From Kofleriaceae bacterium (GTDB lineage: Bacteria > Myxococcota_A > Polyangia > Haliangiales > Haliangiaceae): a stretch of DNA of 14,717 nucleotides. Within the stretch, counting starts at the first letter, position 1. Every line of letters begins with the position of its first letter. The position numbers were made by a program, and so were the translations under genes. The DNA lies in assembly GCA_046597055.1 (NCBI GenBank), contig JBKJLC010000006.1:1-14717 (forward strand). The letters run 5' to 3'. Shown one piece after another: positions 1-7,903 of the stretch. The notes beneath the pieces were generated by a model, which saw only the letters and a program-made list of their open reading frames with translations, searched no databases and was not told the DNA's origin.

Positions 1-94
1 GAGAAGGAGAAGGAGAAGGAGAAGGAGAAGGAGAAGGAGAAGGAGAAGGAGAAGGAGAAGGAGAAGGAGAAGGAGAAGGAGAAGGAGAAGGAGA
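1..94. repeat. Perfect hexamer tandem repeat (GAGAAG)15 plus partial unit, probably truncated by the window edge
   Basis: Bases 1-90 are 15 exact GAGAAG units followed by GAGA. Degenerate GAGnnn hexamers (GAGAGC GAGTGG GAGACG GAGAAG) run to 114, and purine-rich sequence continues to about 180. Confidence 0.97.
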
Positions 95-500
95 GCGAGT
101 GGGAGACGGAGAAGGAAGGGAGCGGGACGGGAGTAGACCGGGAGCGAGCGTGCGCACGAGAGCGAGACGGAGGCCGAGCCGGAGCAACCGGCTCGCGGCC
201 GACATGGACGACCGAGCGGGGATACGGTCGAGTGCGGTCTTGCATTATTCGTGTTTTTCGATATATGCGCCCTATTCAATGTCGCCGCTCCCCGTCCAGC
301 CATGACGAAGGACGACTGGCAGTGGGCGCGCGAGCTGAACGAAGGTGCCGTCGCACCGTCATGCCGCAGCCGACCCGCTGCCTGGCCGCGCGTCGACGAC
401 CGGCGCACGGTCGCTGCCGGGTCGCCCGGGACCCGCCTGCCGGCCTGCCGGAGGCGTGCCCGCGCGGGCTCGACGACCAGGCCCCGCGGGCGCCCAGCGG

Positions 501-650
501 TCAGGGCCGGTCGCTGATCGGCAGCTCGGCGACCGGCTCGCCGGCGCTGTGGTCGGCGCGCTCGCCGGCGGGATCGAGGATCCGCGCCATGAGCACGCCG
601 AGAACACCAGTGGTCGCAAACGGCAGCACCAGGAACAGCGCAGACAGCAT
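501..650 (-). CDS. Small 49-aa single-pass membrane protein (hypothetical)
   Basis: ATG at 650 to TGA at 503-501: MLSALFLVLPFATTGVLGVLMARILDPAGERADHSAGEPVAELPISDRP. It has a hydrophobic N-half, an acidic C-half, mostly G/C-ending codons and a sigma54-like element just upstream. The ORF track shows it only as the tail of the 501..1859 shadow ORF. Confidence 0.6.
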   Translation of the reverse strand: MLSALFLVLPFATTGVLGVLMARILDPAGERADHSAGEPVAELPISDRP

Positions 651-662
651 GAGAGTTCCCTC

Positions 663-678
663 TGCATCCGGCGTGCCC
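663..678 (-). promoter_or_regulatory. Putative sigma54 -24/-12 promoter of the small membrane protein
   Basis: Minus strand GGGCACG-CCGG-ATGCA versus consensus TGGCACG-N4-TTGCW. GG-N10-GC spacing is exact; the -12 C at 664 is 14 nt from the ATG at 650. Confidence 0.5.
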
Positions 679-791
679 CGAGCGCGGCGGCGCCTCGCGC
701 ACGGGCGCACGCCCACTTCGCGCACGCATCGGTGCGCGCCCTTGCGCGGCGAGGCGGCGGCGCACACGCGTTCGCGTGGTACATCGGGGCG

Positions 792-1640
792 GTGACCCCC
801 GCCATCACCCCCGCCTCGACCCGCCTCGACAAGACCATCGGCTTCCTGGGAGCCGGCAACATGGCGGAGGCGATGATCCGGGGTCTCATCCAGGGCGGTG
901 TCATGCCGGCCGAGCGCATCCTCGCCTCGACGCCCCGCGTCGAGCGCCAGGAGGAGCTGCGCAAGCTCTACGGCATCGTCGCCACCACCGACAACGCCGA
1001 GGTCGCGCGCAAGTCGGAGGTCCTGGTCCTGTCGGTCAAGCCGCAGATCCTGGAGAAGGTCATCCGCGAGGTGTCGGCGCACGTCGTGGCAGGGACGCTC
1101 GTGATCTCGGTCGCAGCCGGGGTCGACACCGCCACCATCGAGGGTCACCTGCCGTCGGGTGCCCGGGTGGTGCGCGCGATGCCGAACATGCCCGCCTTGG
1201 TCCGCGCCGGCGCCACCGCGATCTCCCGCGGTCGGCACGCCAACGACGCCGACCTCGCCGAGGCCCGGATGGTGTTCGATGCGGTCGGCCTCACGGTCGT
1301 GCTCGACGAGAGCCAGCTCGACGCGGTCACCGGCCTGTCGGGCTCGGGCCCGGCTTACATCTTCCTCATCCTCGAGGCGCTGGCCGACGCCGGGGTCAAG
1401 GTCGGCCTGTCGCGACGCAGCGCGCAGCTGCTCGCCGCGCAGACCGTCATGGGCTCGGCCAAGCTCCTGCTCGACACCGACGAGCACCCGGGCCGCCTGA
1501 AGGACATGGTGACCTCGCCGGGCGGCACCGCGATCGCCGGCCTGCACACGCTCGAGGAGGGCGGGCTGCGCACGACCCTCATCAATGCGGTCGAGACCGC
1601 GACCAAGCGCTCCAAGGAGCTCGGTCGCGGCGGGAAGTGA
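792..1640 (+). CDS. proC: Pyrroline-5-carboxylate reductase
   Basis: Rossmann motif IGFLGAGNMAEA, then LSVKPQ, ISVAAG, VVRAMPN, VTGLSGSGPAY and the signature LKDMVTSPGGTAIAGL. GTG at 792 gives a typical length of 282 aa; the track's upstream extension from 345 is not protein-like. Confidence 0.96.
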   Translation: MTPAITPASTRLDKTIGFLGAGNMAEAMIRGLIQGGVMPAERILASTPRVERQEELRKLYGIVATTDNAEVARKSEVLVLSVKPQILEKVIREVSAHVVAGTLVISVAAGVDTATIEGHLPSGARVVRAMPNMPALVRAGATAISRGRHANDADLAEARMVFDAVGLTVVLDESQLDAVTGLSGSGPAYIFLILEALADAGVKVGLSRRSAQLLAAQTVMGSAKLLLDTDEHPGRLKDMVTSPGGTAIAGLHTLEEGGLRTTLINAVETATKRSKELGRGGK

Positions 1641-1649
1641 GGTCGGGCG

Positions 1650-1931
1650 GTGGTGCAGGCGACCGCCGACGGCGTCCGGGTCGACGTGCTGGTGCGGCCA
1701 CGGGCCTCGCGCGCGCGGCTGGGCCCGGTCCACGGTGATCGACTGAAGGTCAGCGTCGCGTCGCCGCCGGTCGACGGCGAGGCCAACGCCGCCGTGATCG
1801 AGCTGTTCGCGCGGGCGCTCGGGGTGGCGCGGGGCGCGATCGAGGTGACCGCGGGCCACGCGTCGCGACGCAAGACCGTCGCGATCCGGGGGATCGACGT
1901 GGACCGGGTCCTCGCGGCGGTGACGCCATGA
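1650..1931 (+). CDS. yggU: DUF167 / UPF0235 (YggU) family protein
   Basis: 93 aa with VRPRAS, LKVSVASPPVDGEANAAVIELFA and GHASRRK, typical of the family. It is a known neighbour of proC. Confidence 0.9.
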   Translation: MVQATADGVRVDVLVRPRASRARLGPVHGDRLKVSVASPPVDGEANAAVIELFARALGVARGAIEVTAGHASRRKTVAIRGIDVDRVLAAVTP

Positions 1932-3337
1932 GAGCGGCCGCGGCGCTCGCGCTGGGCGCGCTGGCCGCGTGCGGCGGCGCGAACGGCACCTACGAACTCA
2001 CGCTGACCACCGCCCCGGGCTCGACCGTGCTCGACCGCATCACCCGCGCGCGGCTGACGCTGTCGGTGCCGTACCGGCAGGTCGAGGCCACCCGCGGCGA
2101 CGACGGCCGGTTCCAACTGAGCCTCGAGGTCCCGGCCGATGGCCCGTCGGGGTTCGTCACCTTCGAGGGCCTCGACGACGCCGGCGCGGTGATCGGCTGG
2201 GGCCGGTCGGCCGCGCTCCCGATCGCCGCGGTCGACGCTCGCATCGCGATCTACGTCGCGCCACCGCAGAGCCTGGCCGCGGCGCCGGCCGGGCTCGACC
2301 CGCCGCGCACCGAGCTCGGCGTGGGCAGCTTCTCGTTCGGCGCCATCTTCATCGGCGGCGCCGATGGCGCCGGGGTGCCGGTGGACGATGTGGCGGTCTA
2401 CGACGTCTATCGCCACCAGGTGCTGATCGGCGATCCGCTGCCGGCGCCGCGGGCGGGCGTCGCGGTCGGCACCGGCGCGTCGGGCTACGCGTACGCGTTC
2501 GGTGGGCGCGGGACCGACGGCGCGGCCGCCGGGAACCTGTGGCGGTTCGACACCACCGTCGAGCCGCGCGGCCTGTGGGACCCGCTCGACAACGAGGCGG
2601 ACCTGGCCCGGGCCGGCGCCACCACCGCCGAGGTCGGCGACGAGCTGTTCCTCGTGACCGGCGATCCGGCCGCGGTGATCGACGGTCGCTCGCTGACCGT
2701 GAGCCGCGCCGCGACCCTGCCCACGCTCGCCGGCACCGCCAGCGCGATCGAGGACGCCGAGCTCGTCTATGCCGTGTTCGTCGGCGCGGGCACCGGGACG
2801 GGCGGGCTCGTGATGCTCCGGCCGCCCGGCGTCGTCACCGAGCAGGCGCCGCCGACCGCGGGCCGCACCGGCCACGGCGCCGCGGTCACCGCCGACGATC
2901 GGGTCGTGGTGCTCGGCGGCGCGATCGCCGGCGTGCCGACCATGACCGCGCTGGTCGTGGACCCGATCGCCGCCAGCTACCGCGAGGCCGCCGACGTGCT
3001 GACGGTCGGGCGGATCGACGCCGCGATCGCGAGCACCGGCGAGGTGATCGTGGTTGCCGGCGGTCGCGACGCCGGCGGCGCGATCGTGGCCGACGCCGAG
3101 GTGCTCGACGCGGTCTCGCTGGCGCGGATCGCCACGCTGCCGATGGTGACGCCGCGCACGGGCGCGACTGCCACCGTGCTCGGCAACGGCCAGATCCTGA
3201 TCGCCGGCGGCGTCGATGCCAGCGGCGCGCCGGTCGGCACGCTCGAGCTGTACACGCCGGCCGCGCCGTCACCCGACCGCCTGCGCGGCGACGCGGACCG
3301 TCACCTCCGCCCGGCCGCGGACCCACCAAGCCGCTGA
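1928..3337 (+). CDS. Lipoprotein with kelch-like beta-propeller repeats
   Basis: Lipobox LAAC after a hydrophobic signal. Repeated R-x-G-H/A...h-h-h-GG...E-h-Y/D-P motifs (RTGHGAAVTADDRVVVLGG, PRTGATATVLGNGQILIAGG...ELYTP). ATGA overlap with the yggU stop. Confidence 0.8.
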   Translation: MRAAAALALGALAACGGANGTYELTLTTAPGSTVLDRITRARLTLSVPYRQVEATRGDDGRFQLSLEVPADGPSGFVTFEGLDDAGAVIGWGRSAALPIAAVDARIAIYVAPPQSLAAAPAGLDPPRTELGVGSFSFGAIFIGGADGAGVPVDDVAVYDVYRHQVLIGDPLPAPRAGVAVGTGASGYAYAFGGRGTDGAAAGNLWRFDTTVEPRGLWDPLDNEADLARAGATTAEVGDELFLVTGDPAAVIDGRSLTVSRAATLPTLAGTASAIEDAELVYAVFVGAGTGTGGLVMLRPPGVVTEQAPPTAGRTGHGAAVTADDRVVVLGGAIAGVPTMTALVVDPIAASYREAADVLTVGRIDAAIASTGEVIVVAGGRDAGGAIVADAEVLDAVSLARIATLPMVTPRTGATATVLGNGQILIAGGVDASGAPVGTLELYTPAAPSPDRLRGDADRHLRPAADPPSR

Positions 3338-3371
3338 CGGAATAGCGGCGACGCCCCCGGCGTCCTCCATC

Positions 3372-3743
3372 GTGCCGCGACGTCGCGCGATGTGGGTCCT
3401 GGCCGCGGCCGCGCTGGCCGTGGGCATGACGTCCTGGCTGTGGGGCGTGTTCGATGGGCCCGGTCGCACCTTCGTGCGCGGCCACCTCGGCGACGTGGCC
3501 GCGACCGCGCTGGTCTACGCGCTGATCGGGCTGGCAGGGCGCGGCTCGATGCGCGTGCGCTCGGCGATCACCGCGGCGATCGCGCTGACGATCGAGCTGG
3601 CGCAGCTGCGCGGGGAGCCCGGCGGCGGCGGCGCCGGCGAGCTGTTGCTCGGCAGCCGCTTCGACGGCCTCGACCTGGTCGCCTACGCCGCGGGGGTCTC
3701 GATCGCGGTCGGGTGGGAGTGGCGCGCCACCCGCGCGCGATGA
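3372..3743 (+). CDS. DUF2809-like small integral membrane protein
   Basis: Several hydrophobic helices with FVRGHLGDV, IELAQL and LLLGSRFDGLDLVAY, matching the remembered DUF2809 pattern. The start is either GTG 3372 or ATG 3390. Confidence 0.72.
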   Translation: MPRRRAMWVLAAAALAVGMTSWLWGVFDGPGRTFVRGHLGDVAATALVYALIGLAGRGSMRVRSAITAAIALTIELAQLRGEPGGGGAGELLLGSRFDGLDLVAYAAGVSIAVGWEWRATRAR

Positions 3744-3753
3744 CGGCGCCGGC

Positions 3754-4089
3754 TCACATCGCCGGCGGCTGCGCGAGGCAGGCCGTCAGCTCGGCGTTCG
3801 CGGTCCAGCCGCAGGTGCCGTCGGCCTGCCGGGCGCACTCCGCCTTGGCGTAGCACGCGTACTCGGCGCGGTACTCGCACGTCGAGATTGCGTCGTCCCC
3901 CTCCTCGACGCAGAGCTGGCTGCTGCAGCCGCCGCGCTTGCAGGCGCCGGCGGTCACGCCGGTGCCGGTGCCGGTGCCATCACCACCGCCGACCGCGGTG
4001 CCGTCGCCGGGGCCAGGCGCGGGCGCGGGGGTGTTGCTACCGCAGGCAGCGATCGCGAGGAAGGCGAACGAGAGGAGGATGCGCTTCAT
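3754..4089 (-). CDS. Small lipoprotein with C-terminal eight-cysteine-cluster-like domain
   Basis: 111 aa: signal/lipobox MKRILLSFAFLAIAAC, a Pro/Gly/Thr linker, then CKRGGCSSQLC...STCEYRAEYACYAKAECARQADGTCGW...ACL with 8 Cys. It is the C-terminal part of track ORF 3754..5619. Confidence 0.85.
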   Translation of the reverse strand: MKRILLSFAFLAIAACGSNTPAPAPGPGDGTAVGGGDGTGTGTGVTAGACKRGGCSSQLCVEEGDDAISTCEYRAEYACYAKAECARQADGTCGWTANAELTACLAQPPAM

Positions 4090-4163
4090 GCCTCCCGTGT
4101 AGCGCACCTCGGCCCCGCGCGCCGCTGTGCGCGGGCGCTCACCGCCGGCGACCGTGCGCCGGG

Positions 4164-6206
4164 CTACGGCGCCAGGATCCGTGCCGACTGGGCGGGCACG
4201 CTGACCACCACCGAGCCGCCGGCGCCGACCGTGAAGGTGCGTCCGTCGGAGCCGGGCGCCAGATCGCGCAGCACGGTGCCCGGCGCGAACGTGGACACCA
4301 GGCAGGTGCCGCCCTCGGCGACCGGCGCGCACGCCTCGCTGACCTGGGTCGACGCGTTCAGCACGACCAGCACCTTGTCGTCGGGCGCGACCCGCTCGAA
4401 CGCGACGATGCCGGCATCGCGCCGGAGGCCTGGCTCGGTCGTCGTCCACTTCATCGCCACCGTGCCGCGCCGCAGCGCCGCCCGCTCGCGCCGGAGCGCG
4501 ATCAGGTCGCGCACGAACGTGAAGTGCGGGTGGCCGGTGTCGAACGGCGCGATCCCGCGGGCGGGGTTGCCGCGCCACATGTCCTCGCGGTTGGCCGGAT
4601 CGACGCCGCCGGCGAACAGCTGCTCGGTGCCGTAGTACATGCACGGGATGCCGTCCCACGTGTACAGGTAGAACAGCGCGGCGCGCAGCGCCCCGTCGTC
4701 CGGCTCCTCGAACAGGAACCGCGGCAGGTCGTGGTTGTCGAGGAAGTTGACCGTCACCTGGTTCGGCGCGAGGCCGATGCCGCCCTCGGCCGACGCCTTG
4801 TGCGGCGTGGCCCCGTAGGTCGGCCCGGCCGGATAGCCGTTGGCCAGGCACCACGGATCGCTCGGCGTCACGCCCATGCGCGCGTTGTAGAGACACTCGA
4901 CGTTGCGGGTCGGCTGGTCCTGCTTGAACACCGGGTCGATCACCCGGTACTTCTGGCTGAAGTAGAAGACCGAGTCGAAGCGGCCGAACGGCCCGGCGGC
5001 GTCGACGCCGCCCTTGGTGTAGGTGCCGATCAGCTCGTCGTTGCCGTCGAACGCCTCGCCGAAGATGAAGAAGTTCTGCTTGCCGAGCGTCCGCGCCTTC
5101 TCGCGCATGCCATCGGTGAAGTGGCCCCAGAAGCCGCGCACGTTGGGCGCGAGCTCGGGCCGATCGATGTGCTTCACGGTGTCGATGCGGAACCCGTCGA
5201 AGTCGGCGACCTCGATCCAGTACTCGAACGAGCGGGTCAGCGCGTCGGTGACGTCGGGGTTGTCGGTGTCGAGATCCTTCAGGCCGCCGGGAAAGTCGCC
5301 GAGGGTCTCCTGCTGGCGAACGAACTCGCGGCCGTAGTCGTTCTCGTGCCACCACACGTAGACGCGGCCCTTGCGGTTGTACCAGCTCGGATCGTCGAAC
5401 CAGGGCTTGGCCGGATCCCAGCCGAACCACTCGGGCGGGCGCGGCGGCGGCACCCGGTTGACCTCGGGCCACTCGGTGAAGCGCACCGTGGCCGGTCCCG
5501 AAAAGCCGAGCGAGGTCCAGCCCTGCACGCCGCGCGGGTCGTACTCGGGATCCCACTCGATGATGCGCTCGAGGTAGTCCTTGCCCTGATCGCAGTAGAT
5601 GAGCTCGTCCGCGCTGCACTCGGTGGCGCGGCTCGGGTTATTGCAGATCTGCACGCACGTGTGCGACAGGCCGCCGCCCGACAACCAGTCGTCGGGCTGA
5701 CCGTTGCCGTTGATGTCGTAGAAGAACAGCTGGCCGACGTGGTTGGTGACCACGTCGAGGATCACGAGCATGCCGCGCGCGTGGGCCGAGTCGACCAGCT
5801 CGCGCAGCTTGTAGAGATCGCCGAAGTGCGGATTGGGCCGCAGGAAGTCCTGGGTCCAGTAGCCGTGGTAGCTGCCGAAGCCGGCGTCCTCCTCGGTGTT
5901 CTTGACCACCGGCGAGATCCACAGCGCGGTCACGCCCAGCGTCTGCAGGTAGTCGAGCTGGTCGATGATCCCCTGCCAGTCGCCACCGTGATAGCGGCCG
6001 GGCACCGACGGCGACACGTTGATGTCGTTGTTGGGATCGCCGTTGCCGAAGCGATCGACGACGATCTGGTAGATGACCTGATCACGCCAGTCGATGTCGG
6101 CGTTGGCCTGGTGCGGCATCTCCGACGGATGGTCGGTGGACGACGCCGAGCCACAGGCGGTCGCCAGCGTCAGCGCGAGGATCGAGAGGTGGCGGAGGGT
6201 CGTCAT
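4164..6206 (-). CDS. GH13 alpha-amylase family lipoprotein (amylase A)
   Basis: Lipobox ATAC; GH13 conserved regions DVVTNH, GFRIDTVKH (nucleophile D), FGEAFD (acid/base E) and FLDNHD, plus YHGYW and GIPCMYYGTEQ. ATG at 6206 follows an SD-like GAGGA; the alternative ATG at 6218 overlaps the porin stop. Confidence 0.93.
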   Translation of the reverse strand: MTTLRHLSILALTLATACGSASSTDHPSEMPHQANADIDWRDQVIYQIVVDRFGNGDPNNDINVSPSVPGRYHGGDWQGIIDQLDYLQTLGVTALWISPVVKNTEEDAGFGSYHGYWTQDFLRPNPHFGDLYKLRELVDSAHARGMLVILDVVTNHVGQLFFYDINGNGQPDDWLSGGGLSHTCVQICNNPSRATECSADELIYCDQGKDYLERIIEWDPEYDPRGVQGWTSLGFSGPATVRFTEWPEVNRVPPPRPPEWFGWDPAKPWFDDPSWYNRKGRVYVWWHENDYGREFVRQQETLGDFPGGLKDLDTDNPDVTDALTRSFEYWIEVADFDGFRIDTVKHIDRPELAPNVRGFWGHFTDGMREKARTLGKQNFFIFGEAFDGNDELIGTYTKGGVDAAGPFGRFDSVFYFSQKYRVIDPVFKQDQPTRNVECLYNARMGVTPSDPWCLANGYPAGPTYGATPHKASAEGGIGLAPNQVTVNFLDNHDLPRFLFEEPDDGALRAALFYLYTWDGIPCMYYGTEQLFAGGVDPANREDMWRGNPARGIAPFDTGHPHFTFVRDLIALRRERAALRRGTVAMKWTTTEPGLRRDAGIVAFERVAPDDKVLVVLNASTQVSEACAPVAEGGTCLVSTFAPGTVLRDLAPGSDGRTFTVGAGGSVVVSVPAQSARILAP

Positions 6207-6214
6207 GGGCGTCC

Positions 6215-7801
6215 TCATCGATACGAGCTCGAGTTGAACCACCACTCGGCCTGAGCGCCGAGGAAGTGTACCCAGCGGTGCGCGCGGCGCGGATCATCCT
6301 CGGCGTAGAGCGCGAGCGCGCCCTCGTTGAGGTGCGCGGCGCGGTAGACCAGGCGCAGCTGCGGGCGGTCGAACGCCGACGGCCCCAGCGGCGAGTAGGT
6401 GAGCATGGGCCCGATCGAGACCACGCCCGGATCGGCGGCGAGCTGGGTCGACGGCATCAGGCCGCGCGGGAACCGGGCCTGGTACGCGAGATCGACCCCG
6501 GCGAACACGCCGCGGGCGACCCGGGCCAGCGGCCGGACATTGGCGGCGTATTCCCAGCCGTCGTCGACGTCACGCTGGTTGGGGTCGGCGTCGACGAAGC
6601 GGCGCGCGTAGGCGCCGAGCACGACGTTGCCCCAGCGGCCGTCCCAGCCACCGCCGAGCCCGAGCACGAGCTCGCTGGCGCGCGGGTAGGTCTTCAGGTC
6701 GGTGTCGAACCCGGTCGGCGGCGCCAGCTCGTCGTACGCGGCCAGGCCTCGGGACCAGCGGGCGAACAGGTTGGCGTGGCGGCGGTGGCCGGTCTCGCCC
6801 GGGTTGGCTTCCCAGACGCCGAGCTGGGCGCCGAGCGTGGTACCCCAGTCGCGCGGCAAGGCCTGGGTGGTGTCGTCGCCGCGGTTGCGCGTGCCCGACG
6901 GCAGCCCCTGCAGCTCGCCGTGCAGCTTCACCTTGGCGTCCAGGTCGGACGTGGCGGCCAGGAAGTAGGTCGCGGTCGCGCTGGCGACCGTGCGCTGGCG
7001 ATCGAGCTGCACCGACGTGGTCGCGCCCAGCTCGGGATCCGCGATCGGCTCCTCCTGGTACTGGTAGGCGTCGAGCAGCCGGTTCACGCCGACGTGCGCG
7101 GCGACGTCGACCGCGCCGACCCGCACCCCGGCCCCGGCGCCGAGCGTGTTCTGGTCGTCGAGCGGCCAGTAGTCGAACAGGTAGATGTCGTCGCCGCGGT
7201 ACATGCGCGAGCCGACCCACACCCGCGACCCGCCCGACCACAGCGCCTCCGCATAGACGTTGCGCAGCGCGGGCTCGGCGTCGAACTCGCCGGTGTAGTG
7301 GAACAGCGTGTCGGCGAACGCGAGCGTCGTCACCGTGCGCAGCAGCGGTCCGCCCGGCGCCTGGAAGCCGTACGAGAAGTCGAGCTCGAGGTAGCTCGGC
7401 TCGACCAGACGTGGCGCTCGCACGACCACCGCGACCGGCGCTGGTGAGCCGCCGCGCAGGTCGGTGCCGGCGATGATCCGCCCGTACGAGCCGAAGCGGA
7501 AGCCGGTGCCATCGACGGCCGCCGGCGCGCGCACCGGGACCGCCGCCGGCGCGACGATCGGCGCGACGATCGGCGGGGCGGTCGGCTCGACCACCGCCGC
7601 GGCCGCGTCACGCGCCGCCAGCTGCGCCGCGACGATGCGTGCGATGTCCGCCTCGGTCAGCGTCGGGACGACGGCGCCCGGCGGCGCCGGTGGTGCGTCG
7701 GCCTCCGGCGCATCCGGTGGCGCCGTCACATCATCGGGCTGCGCAACCGCGGTTCCCGCCAGCGCCGCGAGGAGGAACGCACCCAGGGTCGACCGGAACA
7801 T
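6215..7801 (-). CDS. LamB-family carbohydrate porin (maltoporin-like)
   Basis: Sec signal MFRSTLGAFLLAALAGTAVA. LamB-like motifs in order: FGSYGR, RLVEPSYLEL, WVGSRMYRGDDIYLFDYW (cf. [20 protein letters not shown]), RPQLRLVY and FLGAQAEWW (cf. FGAQMEIWW). Flanked by two GH13 genes; 528 aa from ATG 7801. Confidence 0.87.
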   Translation of the reverse strand: MFRSTLGAFLLAALAGTAVAQPDDVTAPPDAPEADAPPAPPGAVVPTLTEADIARIVAAQLAARDAAAAVVEPTAPPIVAPIVAPAAVPVRAPAAVDGTGFRFGSYGRIIAGTDLRGGSPAPVAVVVRAPRLVEPSYLELDFSYGFQAPGGPLLRTVTTLAFADTLFHYTGEFDAEPALRNVYAEALWSGGSRVWVGSRMYRGDDIYLFDYWPLDDQNTLGAGAGVRVGAVDVAAHVGVNRLLDAYQYQEEPIADPELGATTSVQLDRQRTVASATATYFLAATSDLDAKVKLHGELQGLPSGTRNRGDDTTQALPRDWGTTLGAQLGVWEANPGETGHRRHANLFARWSRGLAAYDELAPPTGFDTDLKTYPRASELVLGLGGGWDGRWGNVVLGAYARRFVDADPNQRDVDDGWEYAANVRPLARVARGVFAGVDLAYQARFPRGLMPSTQLAADPGVVSIGPMLTYSPLGPSAFDRPQLRLVYRAAHLNEGALALYAEDDPRRAHRWVHFLGAQAEWWFNSSSYR

Positions 7802-7814
7802 CTCGCGACGGCCG

Positions 7815-7830
7815 AGCACGAACCGTGCCC
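7815..7830 (-). promoter_or_regulatory. Putative sigma54 -24/-12 promoter of the porin-amylase A operon
   Basis: Minus strand GGGCACG-GTTC-GTGCT. The -12 C at 7816 is 15 nt from the ATG at 7801, and there is no clear Shine-Dalgarno. Confidence 0.6.
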
Positions 7831-7903
7831 GGATGGCCACGCGCCGATGTGGCCAGAAGGTAACCGTCAGGGGTCTCAATGCCGATGAGCCTGCCACGAC
7901 GCT

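Noticed and set aside
1..114. Repeat as a CRISPR array
   Set aside because: It is a simple hexamer tandem with no spacers and no cas genes.
240..267. sigma70 promoter TTGCAT-N16-TATATG
   Set aside because: The -10 lacks the conserved final T and no solid downstream gene exists. Kept only as part of the AT-rich island finding.
345..791. 149-aa N-terminal extension of ProC in the ORF track
   Set aside because: Low-complexity, non-homologous sequence that overlaps the opposite-strand microprotein. ProC similarity begins just after GTG 792.
3955..3980. Short GGTGCC tandem repeat
   Set aside because: It simply encodes the GTGTGTG linker of the lipoprotein.
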